Source of the DNA: Leptonemataceae bacterium
Lineage (GTDB): Bacteria > Spirochaetota > Leptospiria > Leptospirales > Leptonemataceae
Direction: 5' to 3'
Length of the DNA: 64,000 nt
NCBI GenBank assembly: GCA_965227295.1
Contig: OZ245742.1
Location: 1,344,001-1,408,000, forward strand
The position numbers were made by a program, and so were the translations under genes. The notes under the pieces were generated by a model. It saw nothing but the letters and a program-made list of their open reading frames with translations, was not told the origin of the DNA and made no database searches. The stretch's first letter is position 1. Every line of letters starts with the position of its first letter. Positions 37,479 through 47,541 of this stretch are shown here, one piece after another.

Positions 37479-38810
37479 ATGATGAAACTCACGGACCCGC
37501 AACTCGGCGAAGCCGTCGCATCGGAGATTGCGCGACACTTTCTATTGCATCTGCGCTGCGAGCAGGAAAAATCTCCGGAGCTGATCGATGCCGTGCGCTT
37601 CGATGGACGCAGCGCCCGGGCAATCAACGGCGCTCTGATCGTCCGCCTGAAGGACGAATTCCCCGACGTCGTCGATCAACCGTCACCGGAGTACAACCTG
37701 TTCGTTCGCTGGGTGGAATTGAATCGTTTTCAGTTCGCGTATGCGGACTTCGCCTTCGAGGCTTACAACATCATCTTCTACGAGCGCATTCTTTCGCTGC
37801 GCAATCATACCGAGGACGGCCGGCGTTTGTTTCACGACATTACCCTGGACGTCTTCGAGAAGTTCGACACGGAGCAGACGGGTTTTTCGGTGTCGTTCTT
37901 CGTGCGCGTCGAAAACAACATGCGCGAACTGCTGCGCAACATCGCTTACGAAATGCCGGAGCTTTCACCGGACGATCGCGAGCGGGCCTGGGAACTGATC
38001 TTTGAGCAAAGCAAGGAGTACCACGAGGTGGTGAACGAGTACTTCGAACGTCTGCTCCGCAACGCCCTGGATCGTTCGGAGGAGTTGCTGCATAATATTC
38101 TGCCCGTGAAAGTTAGCGAAGAGTTGAAAGAACGCGGTCGCGTGCAGCCGGTGCAGATCGAAAGCGCGACGGTGCTGTTCACTGACTTCAAGGGCTTCAC
38201 GATGCTTTCCGAACAAATGAGCCCCTCCGAACTCGTCGCGGCCCTGGACGAATGTTTCTCGGAGTTCGATCAGATCATCGATCAGCACGGACTGGAGAAA
38301 ATCAAAACCATCGGCGATGCCTACATGTGTGCCGGCGGTCTGCCGGAAACGAACCGCACGCATGCCATCGACGCGGCCCTGGCCGCACTGAAGATGCGTT
38401 TGGTCATCGCGGAACTGGGGCTGAAGTACGCCGAGGCCCAGGTGCCGTACTGGGAGGTGCGCATCGGCTTTCACACGGGGCCGCTCACGGCCGGCGTCAT
38501 CGGTAAAAAAAAGTTCAGCTATGACATCTGGGGCGACACGGTGAACACGGCGTCGCGCATGGAATCCTCGGGCGCGCCCGGCCGGGTGAACTGCTCCGGT
38601 GCGGCTCACGATCACATTAAGTATCTATTCAATTGCGAACCCCGCGGCAAGATCTCCGCGAAGAACAAGGGCGACGTCGAGATGTTTTTCGTGAACGGCC
38701 TGCGCGCGCGTTTCAGTGAACACGGCGCCGGTCACGTGCCGAACGCGGAGTTCTGGAACGTGTACGAGAAATTGAAGAACGGCGCCAGGCTTAAGTTTCG
38801 CGGGGAGTGA
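37479..38810 (+). CDS. class III adenylate cyclase with helical N-terminal domain
   Basis: 'FTDFKGFT', 'KIKTIGDAYM', 'YDIWGDTVNTASRMES'. Confidence 0.93.
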   Translation: MMKLTDPQLGEAVASEIARHFLLHLRCEQEKSPELIDAVRFDGRSARAINGALIVRLKDEFPDVVDQPSPEYNLFVRWVELNRFQFAYADFAFEAYNIIFYERILSLRNHTEDGRRLFHDITLDVFEKFDTEQTGFSVSFFVRVENNMRELLRNIAYEMPELSPDDRERAWELIFEQSKEYHEVVNEYFERLLRNALDRSEELLHNILPVKVSEELKERGRVQPVQIESATVLFTDFKGFTMLSEQMSPSELVAALDECFSEFDQIIDQHGLEKIKTIGDAYMCAGGLPETNRTHAIDAALAALKMRLVIAELGLKYAEAQVPYWEVRIGFHTGPLTAGVIGKKKFSYDIWGDTVNTASRMESSGAPGRVNCSGAAHDHIKYLFNCEPRGKISAKNKGDVEMFFVNGLRARFSEHGAGHVPNAEFWNVYEKLKNGARLKFRGE

Positions 38811-38811
38811 G

Positions 38812-39138
38812 TTACAGCACCCACACCTTAAACCACTCCCACAGATACGCCACATACAACACCACGAGCGCCAGCGCCAGAAACACGTAGAAACCGATGC
38901 GCCCGAACGCCGCGGACTTGCCGGCCGCCATGTTGACGATGCGTTGCGTGAGCGAGTCCATAAACTCGAACAGCGGCACAAATAAAAACACGATCACCAC
39001 CATGCCGATGAGCGTCGCGACATACGGACTGAACCGCGACTTCGCTTCGTCGAGCAACCAGCCCTCCACGAAGCCCACCACGAGATACGCCGTCAGAATC
39101 GAAATCGCCACCAGGATCGTACGCAGAATTTTTTGCAT
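38812..39138 (-). CDS. small 3-TM membrane protein
   Basis: three hydrophobic helices. Confidence 0.7.
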   Translation of the reverse strand: MQKILRTILVAISILTAYLVVGFVEGWLLDEAKSRFSPYVATLIGMVVIVFLFVPLFEFMDSLTQRIVNMAAGKSAAFGRIGFYVFLALALVVLYVAYLWEWFKVWVL

Positions 39139-39383
39139 GATGGGACCGTCTTGCATGCTACCGGCAAGGCAAGCGAAAACGGCGGGCCGGCCCCGGCGTC
39201 AGTCGCATCATACTACATAATCACTCCATGCCCGCGCCTGTTCCTCACGTTTGTCCCTGCCCGGGCCGATACCGATACTGATACTATGGCCCCGCGAGAT
39301 GGGGCCGAAATGGCCGGAACGCCGTGTTAGGATTTCGTGAATTTGCTTGCCCGGCAAGCGTGGCCCGGAGTCAATGAATCATC

Positions 39384-41258
39384 ATGGATGAGATGGAATA
39401 TGACCGCACCCGGAAGTCCATCCGTGCGCAAGACCTGGGCAAGGGCGACCGCAAGGAAATGCTCAGCAAGTTCAAGGGGGCCGGTGGACAGGTCCTCTCC
39501 GAGAAGGCTGTGCGCGAGGCCGAGGAGCAGGCCGCCCGGGAAGGTCGCAGTGGCGGCGGCGGTGGTGGCCGGCGCGGTGTCGGCGTAGGCGAGGAACCCA
39601 GGCTCCCCTCGCAGATCGCCCGGGAGCGACAGCGGGCCGCCGGCGAAAAGGAGGCGGCCGCCCGGCGTCGTCGCGAGGCCGAAGAAAAAGAGGCCACCGG
39701 TTTCTTCGCGCGATTCTCCATTAAACTGCGCTGCTGGATGGCCGGGGTCACGCCCTACGGCGCCGACCTGGTCAAGCCGAAGATCCTCTCGAAATTCAAC
39801 CTGGATACCAAACGTTCCATCATGGAATGCCAGATCCTGGGCAACGATCTGTTTATGAACAACAAGCAGACGGCGCGCAAGATTGTCAAAGAGCTGGACG
39901 AGAAAAATCCCATGCTCGTCGAACTCATCGAGCGCGCTTCGAAGCTCTACGACCGCGGCGAACTGTCGGAGTTGGTGGGATCCTACACGCCGGGTTCCAG
40001 TCACTCCATTCCCCTCGATGCCATCCGCGTGCCCGTGTTCACGCTGCTACGCAAGCTTTACTACTTGAAGCCGTTCCAGGAAACCTATCTCGGTGCCGTG
40101 GAAGCGGCCATCGACGTCCAGCAGAGCGAAGAGAAGAAGCAGTCCGCGCTCTACTCCACGAAGAAACGCAAGATTCGTCAGGACTGGAAAATCCTCATGA
40201 ACGACATTTACCCGGCCCTGGTGCTGCTGGCCCAGCGTGCGGAAATGAAGAAGGCCGAGCCGGGCACGCGGTTGTTCGAAGAGATGATCGGCGTGCAGGA
40301 AGAGGATCGCATCGGCCAGCGGAAGGCCGGCGAGGGTGTCGGCGATGTGGGCGACGACGCGCCGAAGAAAAAAGAAGCCGAGAAGAAAGAGGAAGAAGAA
40401 AAGAAAGCCAAAGAGGAAGAAGAGAAAAAGAAGGGCCCGTCCCAGGAAGACAAGGAACTCATGTACGGCTATCGCATCATGGGCATCTTCAACATGGGCA
40501 CGCTGCGCAAGAAGCACGATCCCAGGGGCGAGTACAAAGCCCTCAAGGACAACGACAAGGTGCTCATCGCCTACTTCTACTTCCTGGAGTTCGAAGAAGA
40601 GTATTCGTTCATTCTCACCACGCCGCAAATCAACATCGAACCCAACTACGCCGGCGGCGCGAAGATCGACTATCGCCAGAAAATGCGCGACATCTACGAC
40701 AACTCGCGCCTGGTAACGGACGCATTCAAGAAATACGCTCACGAAGGCGCGGAGTACAATCGCATCGTCTCCGAGAACGTCGACCAATCGCGGTACGTCG
40801 AGCACGCGAAGAAGGTCGAGTTAATGGAAGCGCGGCGCGGGCCCAGCGGCCGGGAAGCGCGCATTCAAATCAAAGAGCACATGGAACGCGTCTCTCAGGT
40901 ACTCAAGGTCCTCATCGACGACATGCGCGGCGCCAATCAAATCGTAACGAACCGCGACGAGATCGTGAAGTTCCAGATCGAACGCGACAAACGCAAGCGC
41001 CTCAACAACAAGCCGGTGAAAGACTGCATCATGCAGGCTTACTGTTTCACCATCGGTCTCGCCGACCGCCTCGAAAACGGCGACCTCTTCGGCGGCGTCA
41101 TCGAGATGAACGAAGAAGAGATGGGCGAGGCCTTCGCCAACGCGCCCGCCGCGCAGACGGGCCCGCAGGTACCGACGGCGTCGGCGTCGGGCGGCCCTTC
41201 CGTCGCCGATGAAGTAGACGAAGCGGAAAGCAGCGCGGGCGACGCATCCGGCGAATGA
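39384..41258 (+). CDS. conserved hypothetical helical protein (spirochaete DUF5312-like)
   Basis: long ORF with strong codon bias, charged linker, ATGA coupling to prmA; family call tentative. Confidence 0.65.
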   Translation: MDEMEYDRTRKSIRAQDLGKGDRKEMLSKFKGAGGQVLSEKAVREAEEQAAREGRSGGGGGGRRGVGVGEEPRLPSQIARERQRAAGEKEAAARRRREAEEKEATGFFARFSIKLRCWMAGVTPYGADLVKPKILSKFNLDTKRSIMECQILGNDLFMNNKQTARKIVKELDEKNPMLVELIERASKLYDRGELSELVGSYTPGSSHSIPLDAIRVPVFTLLRKLYYLKPFQETYLGAVEAAIDVQQSEEKKQSALYSTKKRKIRQDWKILMNDIYPALVLLAQRAEMKKAEPGTRLFEEMIGVQEEDRIGQRKAGEGVGDVGDDAPKKKEAEKKEEEEKKAKEEEEKKKGPSQEDKELMYGYRIMGIFNMGTLRKKHDPRGEYKALKDNDKVLIAYFYFLEFEEEYSFILTTPQINIEPNYAGGAKIDYRQKMRDIYDNSRLVTDAFKKYAHEGAEYNRIVSENVDQSRYVEHAKKVELMEARRGPSGREARIQIKEHMERVSQVLKVLIDDMRGANQIVTNRDEIVKFQIERDKRKRLNNKPVKDCIMQAYCFTIGLADRLENGDLFGGVIEMNEEEMGEAFANAPAAQTGPQVPTASASGGPSVADEVDEAESSAGDASGE

Positions 41259-42187
41259 GCGACGAGGTATATCGCGAGATCGAAGTTGAGCTGGATCGTG
41301 ACGACACGTTGCCGTTCGTGCAGGCCCTGGACGACGGCCGCCTGGAAGATCTTTCCGGTTACTACGAAGTCCTCTACGATGAAGAACGCGAGCGCAACGA
41401 TCAGGCGCGCCTGGTTTTGTACTTTCCCATCACGGCGGAACTGGCCGGAAGTCGCGTGGAGATCCTGCTCGAATCCCTGGGACTGAGTAATCGCCGCGTT
41501 ACGGAAAAAGAAATCGCGCGCCAGGACTATCTCGAGGCCTACAAGCAGTACTACGAACCCTTTGTCCTTTCACCGCGCCTCGCCATCATCCCGTCCTGGG
41601 ATCGCGGCGGGGAGCGGGAGCGCGCGGTACTCGAACGCGAAGCGGATGTACGGGCGCTGTATCTGGATCCCGGCCTGGCCTTCGGCACCGGCAAACATCC
41701 CACGACGGAGCTGTGCATTCGTTACCTGGATGATCTTGCCGGCGAGACCGGTCTCACGGGAAAGACGCTCATCGATGCCGGGGCGGGCTCGGGCGTGCTG
41801 GCTCTCGCGGCGTTGCTCTTCGGTGCGCAGCACGTCTACGCCTTCGACATTGACGGCAACTCGGCCACGGCCTGCGAACAGAATCTGCGCTTGAACGAAA
41901 CGATCGCCCCGGAACGCCTGCGCTTCGAGCACGGCGGCTTCGACGTTCCCGGCCTGGCGGAAACGCCGGCGGAGCTGATGCTCGGCAATCTTACGGCCGC
42001 GGTCTTGATCGCGAATAGCGCGTTCATCGATCGCGCGCGAACGGATCGGCTCGTGCTGTCGGGAGTTCTTGTCGAACAACAGGACGATGTGTGCCGGGCC
42101 TTCGCGGATGAGTGGAAGTTAACCGGACAGGCCGAGAAAGAAGGCTGGGTCCTCCTGGAACTGGAGCGCCGCGTACAAAGCACTTGA
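41255..42187 (+). CDS. prmA: ribosomal protein L11 methyltransferase
   Basis: 'LDPGLAFGTGKHPTT.LC', 'DAGAGSGVLA', 'LVLSG'. Confidence 0.92.
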   Translation: MSDEVYREIEVELDRDDTLPFVQALDDGRLEDLSGYYEVLYDEERERNDQARLVLYFPITAELAGSRVEILLESLGLSNRRVTEKEIARQDYLEAYKQYYEPFVLSPRLAIIPSWDRGGERERAVLEREADVRALYLDPGLAFGTGKHPTTELCIRYLDDLAGETGLTGKTLIDAGAGSGVLALAALLFGAQHVYAFDIDGNSATACEQNLRLNETIAPERLRFEHGGFDVPGLAETPAELMLGNLTAAVLIANSAFIDRARTDRLVLSGVLVEQQDDVCRAFADEWKLTGQAEKEGWVLLELERRVQST

Positions 42188-42241
42188 CGATCTTTGCGCG
42201 GCCGGGTAGGTATGACGGCGGCCCGCGGCCGCTTTGTTCGC

Positions 42242-42580
42242 ATGAGTCCTAAAGTTAATCTGAACTTCGAAAAAGACGGCGAGAAGTCCGTCGTGCGTCT
42301 GGAGGGCCGCTTCACCCTCGACGACAAAGAACTCTTCCAGAAATTCGTGGAGCAACACGTCGACGGCAGCACGCGCTACCTCATCATCGATACGTCGAGC
42401 CTGGATTTCATCGACTCCGCTGGAATCGGCGACCTCATCAAACTCAAGATGGGCCCGGGCAAAGGTTACGAGCAGCTGTATGTCATGGGACTCAGCGACT
42501 CCGTGGAGCGCGTCTTTCGGGTGAGCGGCCTCATCCAGCTCTTCGAAACCATCGACGACGAAGCTTACGGAAAGCTTTGA
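42242..42580 (+). CDS. STAS-domain anti-sigma factor antagonist
   Basis: 'LDFIDSAGIG', 'V.RVF.VSGL'. Confidence 0.92.
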   Translation: MSPKVNLNFEKDGEKSVVRLEGRFTLDDKELFQKFVEQHVDGSTRYLIIDTSSLDFIDSAGIGDLIKLKMGPGKGYEQLYVMGLSDSVERVFRVSGLIQLFETIDDEAYGKL

Positions 42581-42608
42581 TCTTTCCCGCCTTTTTTTGA
42601 GAAACGCT

Positions 42609-45182
42609 TTGGCCACCAAAAAGAAACGCAGTACATCCAAAAAGAAAGCCGCATCTTCGAAACAGAGCGGCGTGGAATCCATCACGTCCCTGGGGGTCGC
42701 TCTCCGGCGGCGCGGCGAAAGCGAATGGTCCCTGGATCTTTCGCATCTCAAGCTGTTTAAGGGTCTATCGGTAGTCGCCCGCCTGCTCGGTGACGACATC
42801 CTCGAACAGTCCCGCATCGGTGAAGGGGACATCATCGCTCAGCGTCGCGTTATCGCCGACATCACGCCGGAGCTGGCGAGCCTGGTGAGCAGCCTGTCGA
42901 TCTATGCGCGCAGCGGCGTACTGCGCGATTTGCCGACGTACCACGAAGAGTTTCAAATGCAATTGCGCACGGTCTTCGGTACCCTGCAGCGGCCGCGCTG
43001 GGGCAACATTCTGTTTCCGGAGCTCTTCGGATCCAAACACGAACCGAAGGCGTTGCTGTTCCCGTTTCACCTGCACTACGCCGCCCGGGAAATCGATTAC
43101 TTCTTTTTAGTAGAGCGCGATCTCTCCGGCGGTTTTCTGCGCATCACCGTCGAACGCGACGAGGACTCACGCCTGAACCTGGCGGGCATCGCCCATCGCA
43201 CCGTGGACGACCTGGATCGCCGCACGTACCTGCAAGGACTCACCCGTATTACGGAATCGGTCTACCAGGGCATGATGCGGGAATGCGAAAACTTCCGCAC
43301 GGAGTACACGGACAACGCGCGGCGCCACAGTCATTTTTTTAATCAATTGCGCAATGTCGGTCTGAGCGAGTGCGACAATCTCACCATGCGCTGGCCGTCC
43401 GAGAAAAACGAGTACCTCGTGCGTTCACGACAAAAGCACGTTACCGAGTTTCTCAAGCGCGTGTTCATCGTCCTGGAAGACCGTGAGGTGGTGCGACTCC
43501 TGCAGGATGGAAGCGTCATCGAAATGCGCACGGGTGACGATCGCGCCTTCCTGGATCTTTCGCGCCGCAACAGTTGTCTTAACGTTTCGTTGTTCCAGCG
43601 CCGCGAATCCCTGGATCTGGACTACTATCTCGATCGCATGCCGGGCCTGAAGCAAATTGCGGCCGGACGTTCCACTTCGTTCAGCGGCCTGCGCGTCTTT
43701 CTGATTCACCACATCACCGGCGAGATCCTTGCAACCATCAAAGCCATCGACAACATGAACGCGGACTTCCTGAGCGTCCTGTTCGTAAAGTACGCCGGTG
43801 TGGTGCCGCCGGACTACCTCGAGACCCTGCTGACACAGCCGGAAGAGAAGTTTCGCTTCAGCGGTTTGCAGAAGATCGACCAGGCTGATCGCATCGAAGG
43901 TTACTACCGATTCTCTCAGCAGTACACCACGACGGCCGGCCTGGAAAGTCTCATCACGGGCCTTGACGATCGCAAATACGGCTTCTACGACGCCATGCAA
44001 CTTGCCGCGGGCCATCTGTTTTTTCTCGAAGCGTTGTTGGCCCGCAAGAACAAACAGGGCGTGCTCTTAATTGAAGACGGCGGATACTTAGCGCCGGAGC
44101 TGAACCGCATGGCCCTCGAAGGCAAGACCCTGCGACAGACTCTCGATGCGTTCCTCGTGCCGCTCAAAAGTACGAAGGCGTCCGCGAAGTCGCCCGAAGG
44201 CGCGGCCGACCTTTTCGCCGGCCTGATCCCATCCGAGAACGAACTCAAGATGAAGCTGGGCGACTGGCTCGCGAAACTCATGCCCGGCAGCGTCGAACAC
44301 ACCCGTAACGGATACAATCGTCTGCTCGACGTGATGAACAAACACAAGCGCCTGCAATTTCCGGCGTGTTCCATCGCCGTCTCCGACGTAAAACGCAACC
44401 GGGAATCCGAAGAGGTTTCGATCTCCATCCTGCACGCCATCGAGAGCATTCTGCACGGCCACGGCCTGGTGTTTTCCGAACGTCGCGCTCTCGTCCTCGG
44501 CAGCCGCGGCGCCATCGGCCGCAACTTAATGGAAGATCTTTCCGCCAAGCTCGGCCCGCGGAACATCTTCGGTGTCGACAGCGTACTGAAAAAAGAAAAG
44601 CCGCCGGGCCCCTGGGTCGAAACGACGAAGCTCGACGAGTTGCCGGAAAACTTGCTCTACGACCTCGATATGATCATCGGCGTCATCGGCACGTCGATCC
44701 TTACGAAGAAAGAACTCGAGCAGATCATCCTGCGTAACAAACGTCCGTATATCTTCTTCGCGAGCGGCTCCACGAAGACCGCGGAGTTCACGCACCTGTC
44801 CGAGTGGATCCGCGAACTGCAAAAACAAAAACGTCCGAAGATCGGCGGCGTGCCCGTAGAGCTGGGCGTGCAGCCCGTCCGCGATCCGCAGACCGCGCAC
44901 ATCGTTGCCTCGCGCGTGCGCATCTTCTTTCAGCCGGAAGCCGGCGACAAAAAGAACGCGAAGCTGAAGAACGTCACGCGCGATCTCTATCTGCTCGGCG
45001 GACTTACGCCCATCAACTTTCTGTTTTACGGCGTGCCCACGGAGACGATGGACCCGATCCTCGGCCAGTTGATTCAGGTCGCGGCCGGCCTCGTGGAACG
45101 CGTACGGGAAAAAGCGGCATTGCCTTCGAAGTTACTCGCCGTCGACGGCGAGGTGGATGCGGATGCCAGGTTGTTACGATGA
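42609..45182 (+). CDS. large protein with C-terminal divergent S-adenosylhomocysteine hydrolase-like domain
   Basis: 'IEDGGYL', 'VEHTRNG', 'IAVSDVK..RE', 'LVLGSRGAIG'. Confidence 0.6.
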   Translation: MATKKKRSTSKKKAASSKQSGVESITSLGVALRRRGESEWSLDLSHLKLFKGLSVVARLLGDDILEQSRIGEGDIIAQRRVIADITPELASLVSSLSIYARSGVLRDLPTYHEEFQMQLRTVFGTLQRPRWGNILFPELFGSKHEPKALLFPFHLHYAAREIDYFFLVERDLSGGFLRITVERDEDSRLNLAGIAHRTVDDLDRRTYLQGLTRITESVYQGMMRECENFRTEYTDNARRHSHFFNQLRNVGLSECDNLTMRWPSEKNEYLVRSRQKHVTEFLKRVFIVLEDREVVRLLQDGSVIEMRTGDDRAFLDLSRRNSCLNVSLFQRRESLDLDYYLDRMPGLKQIAAGRSTSFSGLRVFLIHHITGEILATIKAIDNMNADFLSVLFVKYAGVVPPDYLETLLTQPEEKFRFSGLQKIDQADRIEGYYRFSQQYTTTAGLESLITGLDDRKYGFYDAMQLAAGHLFFLEALLARKNKQGVLLIEDGGYLAPELNRMALEGKTLRQTLDAFLVPLKSTKASAKSPEGAADLFAGLIPSENELKMKLGDWLAKLMPGSVEHTRNGYNRLLDVMNKHKRLQFPACSIAVSDVKRNRESEEVSISILHAIESILHGHGLVFSERRALVLGSRGAIGRNLMEDLSAKLGPRNIFGVDSVLKKEKPPGPWVETTKLDELPENLLYDLDMIIGVIGTSILTKKELEQIILRNKRPYIFFASGSTKTAEFTHLSEWIRELQKQKRPKIGGVPVELGVQPVRDPQTAHIVASRVRIFFQPEAGDKKNAKLKNVTRDLYLLGGLTPINFLFYGVPTETMDPILGQLIQVAAGLVERVREKAALPSKLLAVDGEVDADARLLR

Positions 45183-45332
45183 TGCGGCTGTTCCTGGTCG
45201 CGTCCCATCGTGGAAATGCTCATTTCGGCCCCCCGTGAGCGTGATCGGATTCCGTATTTTATTTTATCCGTAACGAAGTACCTGGAGGGCATTTGATCAC
45301 AGATCAGCATGCTGGCACGGTCGTAACTCCAA

Positions 45333-45458
45333 TGGGCGCCCCCGCCGCCTTCGGCGGCGGTCGGGCTGCTCCGGACTCCGCGTTCGCTTCGGTCCTCCGC
45401 GCTTCGCGCTCCGGACTGCCGGCTGGCGCCGGCATCCTGCGCATCCCTGGCGCGAAGA
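45333..45458 (+). repeat. multi-hairpin palindromic element, copy 2
   Basis: core GCTGCTCCGGACTC, end CCTGGCGCGAAGA. Confidence 0.75.
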
Positions 45459-45463
45459 GCCGT

Positions 45464-45538
45464 CTTTCAGGAATCAGGGAGACCGTCTCGCAGCTCAACT
45501 CGACGCCCGGATTCGTACTCTCCGTATCAGCGGGCTAC
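45464..45538 (+). pseudogene. diverged remnant of the M50 peptidase gene (matches 47925-48003)
   Basis: encodes SQLNSTPGFVLSVSAGY vs SQLYSTPGFVLSVSAGY with mostly synonymous differences. Confidence 0.85.
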
Positions 45539-46125
45539 CTGTAACCGGCCAGAAAAACCCGAATAAACTCGTGGGTCAGGGCCTTCGTCTCCCGCTTGTT
45601 TCTGGGCTCCTCGATAACCTGGGGCCAGAAGAAGGCTCCGGCGAACATGGACCAGAAAACTTCGGCGGCGACCGGCGGATCTTTAACTTTCAGGCGTTTG
45701 TCCTTTGCAGCATCTGCCAGCCATTGCTCAAGGCCGTCCTCTTTGGAATCTGCCAGGGCCAGAGCCTTTGCGGCAAGCGCCGGTTGCGTGACCAACACGG
45801 CAAAGAGCATTCTCCAAAGAGCCCGGCTTCGTCCATCCCGGGCCACGCTGATCTTCGCTTCGGCAAATCTCTCCAACTGCAGCTCCAGGGACTCCCTGGA
45901 GCTGTAAGTGATCCCTCGCAAATCGAAGGCTTTATCGAGAAACTGCTCCAGTACCGCCTCGAACAGAGCTTCCTTGCTCGGAAAGTAATTATAGACGGTC
46001 CGTTTGGAAGCTTTCGCGATTTCCGCGATGTAATCCATGCTGGCCTGGTCATAGCCCAGCTCCTGAAAGGCCTGGACGGCCGCTGCAAGGATCGTGTTCT
46101 TTTTCGCTGAGTTGGCCTTGCCCAT
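45535..46125 (-). CDS. TetR/AcrR family regulator
   Basis: 'ILAAA..AF.ELGY..ASMD.IA..A.ASKRTVYNYFPSKE'. Confidence 0.95.
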   Translation of the reverse strand: MGKANSAKKNTILAAAVQAFQELGYDQASMDYIAEIAKASKRTVYNYFPSKEALFEAVLEQFLDKAFDLRGITYSSRESLELQLERFAEAKISVARDGRSRALWRMLFAVLVTQPALAAKALALADSKEDGLEQWLADAAKDKRLKVKDPPVAAEVFWSMFAGAFFWPQVIEEPRNKRETKALTHEFIRVFLAGYR

Positions 46126-46168
46126 GGTTCTATCCTATTAACCGTCCCGAGGGGCCTGTGAAAAATCG

Positions 46169-46198
46169 TTGACATTTTTACACTACACGGTGTAGTTT
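46169..46198 (+). promoter_or_regulatory. sigma70 promoter overlapped by palindromic TetR operator
   Basis: TTGACA (46169) N18 TAGTTT; ACTACAC-G-GTGTAGT at 46182-46196. Confidence 0.7.
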
Positions 46199-46266
46199 AC
46201 ATGTGTCGGGCGACAGTATGAACAGGAACAATCCCCGGTCAACCGAACCCCGACAAGGAGGAAACG

Positions 46267-47097
46267 ATGAAGCCAGTCCTGGCCGCAATCACAGTACTTA
46301 TGCTCGGCGCCGCCTGTAGTTCAGCCCCAAAGGAATCCATGCTGATTTATGAGGCCGGTGTATATTCGGCCGACGCCATTTCAGAAGGCATGATCTTGGT
46401 CGAGGGCGGTTCGTTCCAAATGGGCGTCGATAGCCTCATGCCTGACGAGGGACCGGTTCATCCCGTCATCGTATCCAGCTTCTACATAGGCAGCACGGAG
46501 GTAACGCAATCCCAATGGATGGCTGTCTTCGGCAATAACCCGTCGCAGGATCAAAACAAGGATTTCCCTGTGGAAAATGTGACCTGGTATGATGCCATCA
46601 ATTTTGCCAACAAGTTGAGCGTCCTCGAGGGACTGGAGCCCGCATACTCGTTCAGAGACGACCAGGTCGTCTGGGATAAAACCAGGAACGGATATCGATT
46701 GCCCACGGAGGCAGAATGGGAATTCGCCGCGCGGGGAGGAAATCGCTCGCAAGGCTACCGCTACAGTGGCGGAGACGCCGTGGATGAGGTAGCTCATCAC
46801 ATCGGCAACAACGTCACGGACAAGAACAAGCCCGTGGGTCGGAAGAAGCCGAACGAGCTCGGTTTGTATGATATGACCGGAAACGTCTACGAGTGGACCT
46901 GGGATTGGAAATCGACCTATACCAGAGAGCCGAAAACGGATCCTTCCGGTGATCTTGTGGGTAGAAAGAAAAGCGTGCGCGGTGGTAGCGCTTTTTGCTA
47001 TTCGCCATCCCTTTACCTGGGCTGGCGCAACTCGTATACTCCGGATACCAGGGCGCGTTTTCTGGGATTCCGACTGGCAAGAAACGACGGTCCCTGA
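46267..47097 (+). CDS. FGE-sulfatase (SUMF1/CLec) domain lipoprotein
   Basis: lipobox GAA-C, 'F.MG', 'TEVT', 'RLPTEAEWEFAARG', 'GLYDMTGNVYEW', 'RGGS', 'GFR'. Confidence 0.93.
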   Translation: MKPVLAAITVLMLGAACSSAPKESMLIYEAGVYSADAISEGMILVEGGSFQMGVDSLMPDEGPVHPVIVSSFYIGSTEVTQSQWMAVFGNNPSQDQNKDFPVENVTWYDAINFANKLSVLEGLEPAYSFRDDQVVWDKTRNGYRLPTEAEWEFAARGGNRSQGYRYSGGDAVDEVAHHIGNNVTDKNKPVGRKKPNELGLYDMTGNVYEWTWDWKSTYTREPKTDPSGDLVGRKKSVRGGSAFCYSPSLYLGWRNSYTPDTRARFLGFRLARNDGP

Positions 47098-47104
47098 GGC
47101 AAAA

Positions 47105-47506
47105 ATGAGATCCGTTCAAAATTTATTCATGGGACTTCTCTTCCTGGCATCGTGCTTCATGCTGCTCTGGGGAGGCGCCGGCTTCTTCGAGTATTTTACA
47201 GGAATCATTCCGATCGTTTCTTTGCAGCAGGCTGTATATCCTTCCGCTGTCCAGTTTCTTCACTGGCTCCTCATAACACTATTTGGCGGAGTCTTTTGTT
47301 TCGGGTACCTGAGCCGATGGCGTTATACGCCCATTGCTACGGTGATGCTGTTCTCTAACATGGCTCTGCTATGCACAATTGAGACGATCGATTTCCAGCC
47401 TGAGACCTGGGGTGTTGTGCCGTATTTAACCGAGCTGGCTTTCTATGCAGTCGGTTCCGCGTTTCTCTTGCTGTCGCCGGTCTCAACGGAGCGGTTTGTT
47501 CAGTAA
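47105..47506 (+). CDS. 4-TM membrane protein
   Basis: four hydrophobic helices, AT-richer codons. Confidence 0.7.
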   Translation: MRSVQNLFMGLLFLASCFMLLWGGAGFFEYFTGIIPIVSLQQAVYPSAVQFLHWLLITLFGGVFCFGYLSRWRYTPIATVMLFSNMALLCTIETIDFQPETWGVVPYLTELAFYAVGSAFLLLSPVSTERFVQ

Positions 47507-47541
47507 ACGGAGGATAAGAGCCGTGAGTTTATAGATCGTCC

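Noticed and set aside
40360-40440. GAA/AAG-rich purine tract
   Set aside because: Encodes a Lys/Glu linker within the CDS; not a separate repeat element
39827-41212. Long alternative-frame ORFs (also 4970-5965, 9434-10450, 19822-20805, 48673-49497)
   Set aside because: Arg/Ala/Pro-rich or antisense shadows of well-supported genes, expected at high GC
46267-47097. FGE/CLec C-terminus as a diversity-generating retroelement target
   Set aside because: No reverse transcriptase and no adenine-variant template repeat of the 3' end seen in the window
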